The notes: a model not told the origin generated them from the letters alone. A stretch of 32,000 bases of DNA from an uncultured archaeon (GCA_963704435.1 OY969902.1:390001-422000); one strand, 5' to 3'; counted from the stretch's first letter, positions 1 through 9,739 are shown. Made by a program: numbers and translations.

Positions 1-34
1 CTTCATGAAGATTCTTACCGGAATAATCTAGGAG

Positions 35-1144
35 ATGCGAGTGGAATATCTGACGCGCACGAGATTCATAATGATCGCACTTGCCGCACTTCTGGCAATG
101 TCCATGGGAACGGTAGGGGCCCAGACAACGTATTGCCAACCAGGGGGCACTGCTGAATCCCTAGCGCCGTGGTACTGCAGCCAGCTGAACCAGGCCATCA
201 CGAGCGTCTGGCAGAAGTGGGAGCCAGTCGCGATAATCACCATATTCCTGTCGTTCTTCATTGCAGCGTTGATATTCATGGTAGGAATAGCAATGCGGAA
301 CGATGGTGTGAGGAATTTCGGGGTCGGCGAGATGTATGAGGCGTCCGCCACGGCGCTGATTGCAATATTCTTTCTCACGCTGTCGGCTATACTCTTCGGA
401 GTAATACCAGGATTCTTCGTAGGTCCGATAAATCCCTATGTCACGGCGCTGTCGTACATAAGCAATACCGTCAATGCAACGCAGGGAATCATAAAGAGCT
501 TGTTTGCAGTCCAGATGACCGCCAGCTACTTCATTTCGTTGAAGCTACACATATACGTCTATGCATTTGGAGAGCTTACGGCGGGCGGATTCAACAGCGC
601 GACCTTTTATGAGCCATTTGCGAAGTTCATAGCTCCATTTTTCATAGTACCTGCTAATACTATCATTTCCATGCTAACAGACGGCCTAATTTACTTGTCC
701 GCGGAGTTCTACATGATACTCTTCCTCATGTACATCGCGGTGCCCGTGCTGCTCATACCTGGAATCATACTCAGGGCGATATTCCCTCTGAGGGGGCTTG
801 GCGGTACGCTGATCGCCATGGCCCTGGCGTTCTATCTAATAATGCCCGTCCTCTTCTCAGTCGTCTATTACTTCACGAACACCAGCATGATAGGTACGCT
901 GACTGCTGCAGCGGCCCAGATCACCGCGAACGGGGCGGGGACTGGGGCAATAACCAACACCGTCTCCGCCACGTCGCCTCTGGTAACCCAGGTTTCAAAC
1001 CTGGAGAGCAGCATGGGGGCGTACTTCCTCGCGATTCTGTTCTATCCTGCCTTGATACTTACAATTATCTACGTAGCGATAGTCGAGATCTCCGGTTTCC
1101 TTGGTGTGGCGGTAATGAAGTCCAAGAGGCTAAGCATGGTATGA
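35..1144 (+). CDS. polytopic membrane protein, VirB6/TrbL/CedA-like candidate
   Basis: 369 aa ORF, non-ATG start, signal-peptide-like N-terminus (MIALAALLAMSMGTVGAQ), at least six hydrophobic segments; followed by two VirB4-N/PrgI-like proteins. Assignment is by architecture, not a verified match. Confidence 0.6.
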   Translation: MRVEYLTRTRFIMIALAALLAMSMGTVGAQTTYCQPGGTAESLAPWYCSQLNQAITSVWQKWEPVAIITIFLSFFIAALIFMVGIAMRNDGVRNFGVGEMYEASATALIAIFFLTLSAILFGVIPGFFVGPINPYVTALSYISNTVNATQGIIKSLFAVQMTASYFISLKLHIYVYAFGELTAGGFNSATFYEPFAKFIAPFFIVPANTIISMLTDGLIYLSAEFYMILFLMYIAVPVLLIPGIILRAIFPLRGLGGTLIAMALAFYLIMPVLFSVVYYFTNTSMIGTLTAAAAQITANGAGTGAITNTVSATSPLVTQVSNLESSMGAYFLAILFYPALILTIIYVAIVEISGFLGVAVMKSKRLSMV

Positions 1145-1236
1145 TTGCCGTGCACAACGGTATAAAAGCTTTAAGTGGCAAGTAGGTGCGAAGCCGCGGA
1201 ACCGCTGGTTTCGGGCGGATTCGCGAGCGTGGTTGC

Positions 1237-2067
1237 GTGCCGGTATCTGAAAAATTCTTATTCACGATGCTGATACTCGTCTCCGCGACGCTCATAATAT
1301 TCACGCTGCTCTTCACCTTCTCCGACGCCGCCAAGTTCGCGCTCATCGTAGTCGCGCTGCTGCTCGACATACTGGCATTCTCTACGAAATTCTACACGCG
1401 GTTCTTCATCCCGTTCCTCCAGATGAAGGGCAGGACAGTGACATTGAGCGGCAGCGAGGCGTTCACGCTGGCGCCTACGGGCAACGCGATAGTCGTGAGG
1501 GACGGCGGAGACACCTACGCGAGCGCATTCGTGAAGATACCTTCGTACAGGTCCGCGACCGAGATGAACCCTGACGAGAAGATCGACTTCGCCAAGCTCT
1601 TCAGCAGGGCGATGACCATATCAAAGACGCCGGTGAAATTCGCGACCCAGCTGTATGTGATAAACAAGGACTCGTACATAAGCAACATAAGGAGCAAGCT
1701 GAACGAGGCCGAGGAGAGGTACAGTGGGACCTCGCTCGACAAGGGCGCCTCCAAGGAGCAGACGGAGAGGATAAAGGGGGAGGTCACGATGTGGCACAAT
1801 CTCTTCGACCACGTCAGCAAGACCCGGTCGCTGTCGCTCGAGGCCTACGCCATGGTCACCTCGCAAGGGGGCAGCGAGGAGGAGGCGGTGAACCTCGCGC
1901 TGCAGAGGGCGGACGAGATCGCCACCGGAATCAGCGCCCTGTTCGGCATAAGCGCGAGCGTCATGGAGGGCGAAGAGATGCTCAAGTTCGTGGAACCCGA
2001 CTACATAATCCCTGTGGTGACTGCGGCAGAGCAGCTAAGGGGGAATACGGTGGGGAAGGAGGTGTAG
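1237..2067 (+). CDS. membrane protein: two N-terminal TM helices plus soluble domain, PrgI/VirB4 N-terminal-like candidate
   Basis: ORF track 1186..2067; start preferred at GTG 1237 (VPVSEKFLFTMLILV...). TM pair then alpha/beta region. Start uncertain. Confidence 0.55.
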   Translation: MPVSEKFLFTMLILVSATLIIFTLLFTFSDAAKFALIVVALLLDILAFSTKFYTRFFIPFLQMKGRTVTLSGSEAFTLAPTGNAIVVRDGGDTYASAFVKIPSYRSATEMNPDEKIDFAKLFSRAMTISKTPVKFATQLYVINKDSYISNIRSKLNEAEERYSGTSLDKGASKEQTERIKGEVTMWHNLFDHVSKTRSLSLEAYAMVTSQGGSEEEAVNLALQRADEIATGISALFGISASVMEGEEMLKFVEPDYIIPVVTAAEQLRGNTVGKEV

Positions 2068-2073
2068 CAGGAA

Positions 2074-2898
2074 ATGGACGAGAAAACGATGGTTTACCTC
2101 TCAGCCACTACGGCAGTAGCGATGATTGTCCTGTTCGGCACGCCGCTGTACGGGGCGTTCGGGTTCTTCGCGGCAGCCCTCGCTGGACTTACCATAGTGA
2201 TAATATTCGTGATAAACTACGCAGACTTTCTAGTTTTTCCACTGATAACAGGCGTCCTTGGGATAAGGATAGTTCCTGCCAAGAACTACTACATCCCCGG
2301 AGCCAACAACTGCATAATAAAGTACACGAACGGGCTGTATTACGCCACGGGATACCTTACCGCTAATATCTACAACTACGTCTTCGAGGCTGAGAGCGAG
2401 GAGGGCGGGGAGGAGAGCAAACTCTTGGACGCCCCGGAGAAGTGGGAGAGGATAGTCATGAATTCCGACTTCCCGTTCAAGTTCAACATAATCGCCATTG
2501 CGGAGGACATCCAGAAGTACAGGGACGCCCTTGAGGGGAAGCGCGGGGTGCTGGAGTTCCAGCTTTCTAAGGAGGCTGGCAGCAATAACCCAAGCAAGAT
2601 GGACATGGACGACATACAGAAGCAGATAAACATCCTAGACGCCAGGATAGACCGGCTGTCCGGAGGTGAGCGTCCTGTTGATTCCGTGATGTACGCCGAG
2701 ACTGTGGCGGTCGGGGTCAGCGAGAAGGAGGCCGCAGATTCGCTGACGAACCAGCTGAACCACCTCCAGACGCTGTTCAGCGCGTTCGACGTGAACATAA
2801 CAAGAGTAGTGGGCAGGGAGATGTACCACCTTTTCACTTTTGGATACGCGCTTCCTGAGGAGGATCTGATGACCCAGCTGTTCACATTCCAGAGATAG
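2074..2898 (+). CDS. membrane protein with same layout as the upstream gene (two TM helices plus cytosolic domain)
   Basis: ATG start 6 nt after the previous stop; MDEKTMVYLSATTAVAMIVLFG... hydrophobic pair, then soluble domain ending HLFTFGYALPEEDLMTQLFTFQR. Confidence 0.6.
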   Translation: MDEKTMVYLSATTAVAMIVLFGTPLYGAFGFFAAALAGLTIVIIFVINYADFLVFPLITGVLGIRIVPAKNYYIPGANNCIIKYTNGLYYATGYLTANIYNYVFEAESEEGGEESKLLDAPEKWERIVMNSDFPFKFNIIAIAEDIQKYRDALEGKRGVLEFQLSKEAGSNNPSKMDMDDIQKQINILDARIDRLSGGERPVDSVMYAETVAVGVSEKEAADSLTNQLNHLQTLFSAFDVNITRVVGREMYHLFTFGYALPEEDLMTQLFTFQR

Positions 2899-3052
2899 CA
2901 CAGCGTTCACATAATAATATACTTCAGGAGAAACTGCCCAAGGTACGCTTTCTATAAACTCTTAAAGATAATGAGCCTAACTGACTCTGAGAGAGCTTGC
3001 ACTGTTCAGCGAAACCTTGAAAACAATAATTGATATTACTAGCTGATAGGGA

Positions 3053-3985
3053 TCAAACGAAGGTGCCAGCGGTCTGTCCAAAGGCGGGAGTATGACGATA
3101 GGCACCAACGAGGTCAGGGAGAGCGGAAATGTCTTTCTCCGTTTCAAGCAAACCATTGAAAGTTGACTGTAACCTGTCGCACTCCGCCACAGTACTTAGT
3201 TTAAACTGATAAGTTACCTCCTTAGCTGCCTTCTTACTTATGTCATTATGCACTTCAGCCTGAACTTTACTACCAAAAGGACGCAAATAGTCGTCCTGAA
3301 CGGCATTCACGTCTGCCAGTAGTTTAGCATCAGAAGCGAGGTTATTGGCGCCTGCCTTTATGCGAGCAAACAACCCTACCTTTGGAGGCTCGGATTTCTT
3401 CTTTGCTTCGGCAGCCAGCTTCTTCATAGTCCTATCTCGAAGGAGACTCAGATCCACCGAAAGTAGATTTAGACATATTACTTTCATCTCCAGAAGATTA
3501 TCCTTCCTTTGTATGAGCGGCCTCTTAAAAACAGGCAACTCACTAACGTAACCATATTCTGAAGGCGCGCCTCCTGTGCGCTTCGCAGCTTCGACTGCAA
3601 CAGCATTGTTCTCATTTAGTGTGGCAAGGTATTTCTCTGTGAAAGAGCCATTGTGTATTATATTGAGAACTACCAACCCATTAGGAAGGAAGACCATCAT
3701 CCTCCAATTGGTCAGATACATTCCTCCAAACTCACGATGGGCGTCTCGCATTCCCGCAAAGGCTCTAGATTTATCCCCGCTCTCGAACTGACGCTGCCCT
3801 ACCATACGATGAGAGCCTGCTTCTCTGCCAGGGCCATTAAGGGCGGCATTATATTTATTAAGATCAGTCAGCGTCCCAGAGCCGAATGTGGCAACAATCC
3901 GTTCTCCCGGTAACAGCAGACCTTGGTATTTTGTCGTATCCTGCTGTTGCATTGCTTTCGGATCTAGTTGTAACGAGCTCTCCAC
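3053..3985 (-). CDS. hypothetical protein with possible PH-like (bPH/GRAM-type) N-terminal domain
   Basis: 310 aa ORF; segment LLPGERIVATFG...GGMYLTNWRMMVFLPNGLVVLNI resembles the PH-like pattern; no TM. Confidence 0.55.
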   Translation of the reverse strand: MESSLQLDPKAMQQQDTTKYQGLLLPGERIVATFGSGTLTDLNKYNAALNGPGREAGSHRMVGQRQFESGDKSRAFAGMRDAHREFGGMYLTNWRMMVFLPNGLVVLNIIHNGSFTEKYLATLNENNAVAVEAAKRTGGAPSEYGYVSELPVFKRPLIQRKDNLLEMKVICLNLLSVDLSLLRDRTMKKLAAEAKKKSEPPKVGLFARIKAGANNLASDAKLLADVNAVQDDYLRPFGSKVQAEVHNDISKKAAKEVTYQFKLSTVAECDRLQSTFNGLLETEKDISALPDLVGAYRHTPAFGQTAGTFV

Positions 3986-4247
3986 CTTACCACCCTAAAC
4001 TAATATCTCTATTGATAGTTAAGTCTTTGGACCTATTTATAGCTATCCCAAACGTTCCATAATGGTGGAATATGCCTGTGGAGACAATTCTTCTATTGAT
4101 GGAGTGTTCTATAGAGAATAATCCTAATTTGAAAGCAGCCAACGGAGCCACAGGGAAAACAAATAAATAGCAAAGTTTTTAAGAGGGCTTTTCTAATAGA
4201 GCTATGAAAGTAGTTTAAGGCAGGATGGAGGAGAATTTGGTAATAGA

Positions 4248-4430
4248 ATGAAAATAAAAGTGGGAAAGGTCAATTCAAATAAGGGTAAGATAGTTTTCGT
4301 CGCATCAAATTTAGGTGGACAAGGCTGTCCGACTATCGCCGTCACTGCAAGTAATTGTGCGAAGTTTAGAGATGATTACTCAGGTAAGTTGAAAGTAAAG
4401 AAGTCAATTGCAAACGTGTTATTTGGGTAA
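4248..4430 (+). CDS. small hypothetical protein (60 aa)
   Basis: ATG preceded by purine-rich ggatggaggag; MKIKVGKVNSNKGKIVFVASNLGGQGCPTIAVTASN...; ends just before the convergent gene. Confidence 0.4.
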   Translation: MKIKVGKVNSNKGKIVFVASNLGGQGCPTIAVTASNCAKFRDDYSGKLKVKKSIANVLFG

Positions 4431-4432
4431 AG

Positions 4433-5836
4433 TCATTCGTTTTTCTCGGCAAACTTTGAACCTCGGATATCTCCAAGATACTCTTCTTTTTGTCGCTCCT
4501 TACCTGTTTTCTCATAATTCTTTCTCGCCATTTTCGATTTTTTGTAATCCTCTTCCAAAATTTTCTGTTGCATTGAGTAAGCATTATCAAAATGCCTGTA
4601 GCAGAATCTTCCAACAATCACATTTGTGGTAGTTAGTTTTGATAATCTTATTCCAAGATTAAGACTCATTAATTTGTCGGTATGACTATCTAAACTATCT
4701 GAATCGATAACAGGAACGCAAAATAAAAAGCCATCTGGACTCGCTAAATCGTAACTGGCGGCAAATTTGTTCGTATGTATATTGTCAGGTTCATCAACAA
4801 CTTCAGTCAGCAGTTTAATTTTATTTATTCCAAAAAGGCGGCGGTTAACCATGTTAACCATAATCACTCCCACATATTTGACAGGTAAGTTCTGCATCGT
4901 CATAGTTATTCTTCGAATTTTTCCTTCGTTTCTCAGCTTGTGGTATGAGTACTGCGCTCTTCCCCGGTCAAACGAGTGCCGCTTGTCTATCTCCACGAAC
5001 TCGATTGAGCCATCCGTATTGAGCTCTTCTAGCACGGCAGATTCCCTTTCGAGAAGCTCTCCTTTCTCTTTGAGTAGCCCTATGAACTCGTTCCTAACTG
5101 GAATGAAACCATAGACCTCGTTAAGTGAAACCGTGCTCCAGACCGACTCGAATTCTGAGAGGGCAGTTCTCGCGAATATGACTGCGGCTATCGCCTCGGC
5201 ATTGGTCCTCGCAAGCAAGTACACAATCAAGTCGAAATCTCCTGTGGTAAGTGCAGCCAACTGAATCCTCGGTTCTTTCTCCAAGATTTCTTTGAGTCTA
5301 TCGGAGGAAGGCACGCTTTCAGAGAATTTCACGGTAATCAGGAAAGGCATATAGCCGAACTTTCCTACGTCTATCTCGGGCAGGTATCTGATTCCATACC
5401 TTTTCTCCAGGCTGGCGACCTGCCACGCTGTCGCGTTGACGCTGAGTCCCACCATTTCACTGAGGACAGGGAGGGATATGCGGCCATTCATGCTCAGCGC
5501 GGTCAATAGGGTGTTCTCGTATTTTTTGGAGCTCTCGCGCATCCTTGGCTCTTCAGCGTGCAGTTCAGCCTGAGCGGAGAGCGCTGCTTGCCTGCCGTTC
5601 GGCTCGGCCGCAACTCCAAGCGCCTGCCTGCTGCGCTTATGCCTGCGCACGGCTGTGAACATCCCTTCCTCCGATATCTTGCCCTTGTATATGCTCACCT
5701 TCCTCGATCTCCTTGCCTCAGCATCCCATTTGCTGAAGGAGATATAGACGTAGTGGCGCCCTTTTATGCTCTTCAGCTCGTAGCTGCTGTTCTGCCATTT
5801 GAGCTTAGCAAACGCCTTGGATACCCTATCTTCCAT
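4433..5836 (-). CDS. Lrp/AsnC-like regulator with extended N- and C-terminal domains
   Basis: 467 aa; central HTH (KYENTLLTALSMNGRISLPVLSEMVGLSVNATAWQVASLEKRYGI) followed by an AsnC/RAM-like domain (FGYMPFLITVKF...IQLAALTTGDFDLIVYLLARTN). Confidence 0.7.
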   Translation of the reverse strand: MEDRVSKAFAKLKWQNSSYELKSIKGRHYVYISFSKWDAEARRSRKVSIYKGKISEEGMFTAVRRHKRSRQALGVAAEPNGRQAALSAQAELHAEEPRMRESSKKYENTLLTALSMNGRISLPVLSEMVGLSVNATAWQVASLEKRYGIRYLPEIDVGKFGYMPFLITVKFSESVPSSDRLKEILEKEPRIQLAALTTGDFDLIVYLLARTNAEAIAAVIFARTALSEFESVWSTVSLNEVYGFIPVRNEFIGLLKEKGELLERESAVLEELNTDGSIEFVEIDKRHSFDRGRAQYSYHKLRNEGKIRRITMTMQNLPVKYVGVIMVNMVNRRLFGINKIKLLTEVVDEPDNIHTNKFAASYDLASPDGFLFCVPVIDSDSLDSHTDKLMSLNLGIRLSKLTTTNVIVGRFCYRHFDNAYSMQQKILEEDYKKSKMARKNYEKTGKERQKEEYLGDIRGSKFAEKNE

Positions 5837-6211
5837 CCCATTCCCAGAGTTATTACGTTCGAGTGCTATATAAACTTTTGTCCATCTTGCGTTCCCTATT
5901 TATAGGGTTTTTGCATATCTTGCGGGATTATGCAGGATAATTAGACTTCCCTATTTTATCTCATTACTGGAGTGTTACTTCTTCATTTAATTGGTATAAA
6001 AACCATTAATTTATATTGATTTTGATGTGTTAGCCATTGAACGCTCCGACTTATGTGGAGCAGGCATATATGGAAAGAGAGACAAAATCAACCTTAGGGA
6101 GTGGGATGGGCTATTGGATGGGCAACGGTAGACTGAACGATTTGTATTGTGTCCATTCTTATTTTGTATTTCCTCACCCGGAAACAAAATGGCCCGCTCT
6201 TTCCTTAGACT

Positions 6212-6562
6212 ATGGCGCAGCGTGAGCTGCGCCTGATGCTCAAGGGGGAATGGGATATGGGGAACGACATTGGAAAGGAGAATAATTCCGGCAGGGTGTC
6301 AAAGAGCAGGGCGAGGCACAGCTTCATCCTTCTGAGGCCGGACCGCGCGCGCAATTCGGAGATGGTGGCAAAGAGGATAGCCGCGTGCAGGGGCGTCAGT
6401 GAGGTCTGCCTAACGAGCGGGAGCTACGCGTTCATCATCGCCGCGAAGAACGGCAGCGAGGACGACATCAGGCGGACGTGCGGAAGGATTAGGAAGGCCG
6501 CGGGTAGCGGCGGCGAGGTGAGCGTGGCACTGAACCACTACGTCTACAGGTCGAGGCGGTGA
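6212..6562 (+). CDS. small protein resembling a stand-alone AsnC/RAM ligand-binding domain
   Basis: Segment SFILLRPDRARNSEMVAKRIAACRGVSEVCLTSGSYAFIIAAKNG matches the RAM-domain pattern; start uncertain (internal ATGs). Confidence 0.55.
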   Translation: MAQRELRLMLKGEWDMGNDIGKENNSGRVSKSRARHSFILLRPDRARNSEMVAKRIAACRGVSEVCLTSGSYAFIIAAKNGSEDDIRRTCGRIRKAAGSGGEVSVALNHYVYRSRR

Positions 6563-6729
6563 TGCGTGTCGATAAAGGATAGGATTTTTGGGAAACCCAT
6601 AGGTCAGAATGATGAAGACAGACCTATCAAGATGGTACAGGAAAGGGAGAATGTCTGGAGGGTCGTTTACGCGGACTGAGTCGGATGCTGTTTGTTACAA
6701 TCTGCTACCCGCTCGTAGTGAAGTACGAT

Positions 6730-8757
6730 CTATTGCTGTCCATATGAGAGGGAAGGAGTGGGGGTTCCCGTCTTCTTCTTTGGCATTCGCCTGAACGCGA
6801 CATATACGATGACCACCGCTGCAATCGCGAAGGCCGCGATATTCGTCGGGGATATGAAGAACACCGTTACGGCCTTCCCGTACCCGACTGTCACGGGGCT
6901 GCTCATCCCAAAATAGCTGGCCGTGCCGTTTGCCGCTCCGTAGGGCGCGTCCGCCAGCTGCACCGTGCCGCTAGCGCCTGAAAAAGTCCTGCTAGAGCTG
7001 AGGTTCCCATAGGTAAGGGATACCGTCGCATTCACAGGAATAAGGAACAGGTCCACGGTCCTTATGGAGATGTTGTATATGGGCAGCGCGACGGAGACAT
7101 TGGATGGCGCTGCCGCCGAGATGCTGACGTTCACCGGGAGCAGGACCCCCTTGTAGTAGGCGCCTTCCACTGAATGGGTCTGGTTGGCGTTGAGGAAGAA
7201 GGTGCCGTTCTCCAGTTTGCCGTCGACAATGAAGTATGACACGGGAATCTGGTTACCATAGGCGTCGGTTCCTGCCAAGCCAATTCTGTACTGCGTGTCG
7301 AAGATCGCGTGCAGGCTTAGCGGACCTGACACCGCCTCCCTGAACGTGCTGTTGGCGTTTCCGTTGCTCCAGGATGCGAAGGCCTCCCTCTCGCTCGCGC
7401 TTATGTTTACTATCGGCCTGCTCACTCCGATGTCCGCGACGGTTCCGTTGGCGTACCATCCGCTCCCGGTTGCGTTCGGGTACGGCGAAGTGGCGTTTAC
7501 CAGGTATTCATGCAGCCAGAGGGCATTCAGGCTTACCGGACCCGAGACCAAGAAGTTGCCGCTGAGGTTCCTGTTGCCGTTGCTCCAAGAGCTGAACGCG
7601 TATCTCGCCGTCGCGTTCTCATAGACCATCGATGTGTTGAGCCTGTAGCTCGCTAACGACGCGTTGTTGTACCACCCCGTCCCCGTGACCTGCGAGAAAG
7701 GCGAGGAGACGTTCACGAACTGCTGCAGTCGCCAGTTCGCGGTCTCCGTTATGTTGCCGACGAGCATTACCGAGACGTTGTTCTTGGTCCCCGTATACGA
7801 TCCCACTCCGGAGCCCGACCAGCCGGTGAACACCGCACGGGTCGTATTTCCGACGTAAGAAATCCCCGGCGCGGTCAGGTTGACTGTGGAGTATGCCGCA
7901 TAGCCCACCCTGCTGCTCAGGTTGCCGTATCTCGACAGCACGCTGGCCGTGTAGCCCAGGCTCCACAACTGCGCGCTTTCCGTATTAGGCAGCCCGGATC
8001 CGACCGCGAAATAGTTGGTCCTGCTTCCTATCTCCTGGACTCCATAGGGGTTCGGCACGCTGGTTGCGCTGCCCACCCCATAGCTCACATCTCCGAATCC
8101 TGTGGCCACTGGAAGGAACGATCCGTGCGCGTATGATGAGAGGTTCGAGAAAATCACCCGGTTCATGTTCACCTGCGCCCTGCCGGTCGCGTTCGCAAGC
8201 TCGGCCAGCGCGACGGGGGAGAAGGGCCCCGATGACGACTCCCCTATGCTTACGCTTCCGAGCGTCTTCCCGTCCATGAGGAAATACCATACGTTGCCCA
8301 CAGAATAGAAGGAATACGTGTTGAGCGTACCGTTGACTCCTGCTGACCCGTCAGGGCCTATCTGGCCGGTGAAAGTGTTGTTCTTCCCCGGAAGGAAGTA
8401 CTCGTAGAACCACTCCGCGTCGCCCTTCCTCAGGTATTCGTCACCAGAGCAGCCTGAGACCGTGCAGTTAGCGGCGTACTGCCCGGTGTCGTTCTCGATG
8501 ACATAGCCCACCTGCAGGAAGGCGCTGTTCGCGAAGTTCTCGCCGACCCAGAAAGCCATCGAGCCGCTTGAGAGGGACTGCGTCGTTATGGTCTGTATCG
8601 TCACGCTCGCCCCGTTGTTGTACGCAGCGCCGCTCCCCGCCCTTACCCCGCTCTGGAACCAGTACTGCGCATTGGCAGCCGCCAGCAGCAGCGCTAGGGA
8701 CAGCAGAAGGGAAGCCAAGGGCAGCCTACAGTTTCTCATAATCCAAACCGATCTCAT
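6730..8757 (-). CDS. secreted, C-terminally membrane-anchored surface protein with lectin/LamG-like N-terminal region and InlB-B/Listeria-Bacteroides-type repeats
   Basis: 675 aa; signal peptide (MRNCRLPLASLLLSLALLLAAANAQ); repeated motifs FTGWSGSG..., GTGWYNNAS / GSGWYANGT, SGPVSLNALW / SGPLSLHAIF; C-terminal TM (IAAFAIAAVVIVYVAF) plus basic tail. Start may be the internal ATG near 8739. Confidence 0.75.
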   Translation of the reverse strand: MRSVWIMRNCRLPLASLLLSLALLLAAANAQYWFQSGVRAGSGAAYNNGASVTIQTITTQSLSSGSMAFWVGENFANSAFLQVGYVIENDTGQYAANCTVSGCSGDEYLRKGDAEWFYEYFLPGKNNTFTGQIGPDGSAGVNGTLNTYSFYSVGNVWYFLMDGKTLGSVSIGESSSGPFSPVALAELANATGRAQVNMNRVIFSNLSSYAHGSFLPVATGFGDVSYGVGSATSVPNPYGVQEIGSRTNYFAVGSGLPNTESAQLWSLGYTASVLSRYGNLSSRVGYAAYSTVNLTAPGISYVGNTTRAVFTGWSGSGVGSYTGTKNNVSVMLVGNITETANWRLQQFVNVSSPFSQVTGTGWYNNASLASYRLNTSMVYENATARYAFSSWSNGNRNLSGNFLVSGPVSLNALWLHEYLVNATSPYPNATGSGWYANGTVADIGVSRPIVNISASEREAFASWSNGNANSTFREAVSGPLSLHAIFDTQYRIGLAGTDAYGNQIPVSYFIVDGKLENGTFFLNANQTHSVEGAYYKGVLLPVNVSISAAAPSNVSVALPIYNISIRTVDLFLIPVNATVSLTYGNLSSSRTFSGASGTVQLADAPYGAANGTASYFGMSSPVTVGYGKAVTVFFISPTNIAAFAIAAVVIVYVAFRRMPKKKTGTPTPSLSYGQQ

Positions 8758-9541
8758 TTAGCTTTTTTATCGCTTCCGCCCGCGTGGCGGAGTTCAGGCC
8801 CTTCCAGTCGATCACCGCGACCTCCGGCCTGTGCGTGGTCCTGTCAAGGCACTGCTCGAGCGTGTCGAAGTTGTAGGTGCCGTCGTCGTTCTCGGTCGCA
8901 TACTTCGGCATTATGTGCGAGAAGGCGTAGCCCCTGTCGATTGCCAGCCGCGAAAACCCTTCGGGGTAGTGGCCGTTCCCTATCCCTACCGCCACCTTGC
9001 TGTACTCCGAGTCTCCGGAGGCATAGCTCGCCATCACATCATAGGTCGCATCGGCGACCTTCGCTGCGCTCTCGACGCTGCAGACTGCGCCTGCGCCGAC
9101 GCCGATCTCGATGAACATGGAAGGGGTCCTTACGAGCGGGCCGTGGTGCGTCGCCTCATAGACGCAGCGCGCGCCGCTTGCGCGCTCCGCCATGGCCTTC
9201 AGCGCGGAGAGCATCGCGACCGGTGCGGCGTGCGAAAGCTCCTTTGGCTTCCCGCCAAGCTTAGCCGCAGGGCCCCAGTTTCCGAGAGAGTGCGTCGTGA
9301 ATGCCGATACTCCTGCGGCGCTCTCGTGCCTGCTTAGGAAGCAGGCGACGTCGACACCGAGCCCGTCTATGAATTCCGCATTGACCAGGGAAGCGTCCGT
9401 CTCGTAGACCCTGATCCTACCGCTTTCGTACGCCTTCCGACCCTCCAGCTCGACCTCCTTGAAATCGTGATCCCCGACCAGGCGGCCGGCGATGCTGGAC
9501 GACGTCCCGTCCATAGTGGAATAGAAAATCCCGATGACCAT
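8726..9541 (-). CDS. dtdA: D-aminoacyl-tRNA deacylase (archaeal DtdA/GEK1 family)
   Basis: IGIFYSTMDGTSSSIA..., DVACFLSRHESAAGVSAFTTHSLGNW, YEATHHGPLVRTPSMFIEIG, GIGNGHYPEGFSRLAI are hallmark motifs. Confidence 0.93.
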   Translation of the reverse strand: MVIGIFYSTMDGTSSSIAGRLVGDHDFKEVELEGRKAYESGRIRVYETDASLVNAEFIDGLGVDVACFLSRHESAAGVSAFTTHSLGNWGPAAKLGGKPKELSHAAPVAMLSALKAMAERASGARCVYEATHHGPLVRTPSMFIEIGVGAGAVCSVESAAKVADATYDVMASYASGDSEYSKVAVGIGNGHYPEGFSRLAIDRGYAFSHIMPKYATENDDGTYNFDTLEQCLDRTTHRPEVAVIDWKGLNSATRAEAIKKLNEIGLDYEKL

Positions 9542-9739
9542 CTAACGACACCAAACGGCGCCGGATCGCGCAGCGCCCCGCGGAATCATGCCTACTTGCT
9601 AGCCAAGGCTTCTATACCTTTCTGCGCAGACCGAGAGCGGACCAGGGCAGTCCGCGGCGTTGGTATTTTTCTTCCCTCCGCCGAGCAGATAGCATTATAT
9701 TATTATCAATACGATAGATAAACCATAAACGGGGGTTGA

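Noticed and set aside
28-378. Minus-strand ORF opposite the VirB6-like gene
   Set aside because: Antisense to a coherent membrane-protein frame; no family features. Typical spurious ORF.
2376-2910. Minus-strand ORFs 2376..2885 and 2635..2910
   Set aside because: Mirror images of the coding frame 2074..2898, low-complexity composition, no recognisable domain.
6037-6225. 62 aa plus-strand ORF MNAPTYVEQAYMERETKS...
   Set aside because: No homology pattern, overlaps the next ORF start, weak leader; cannot be supported.
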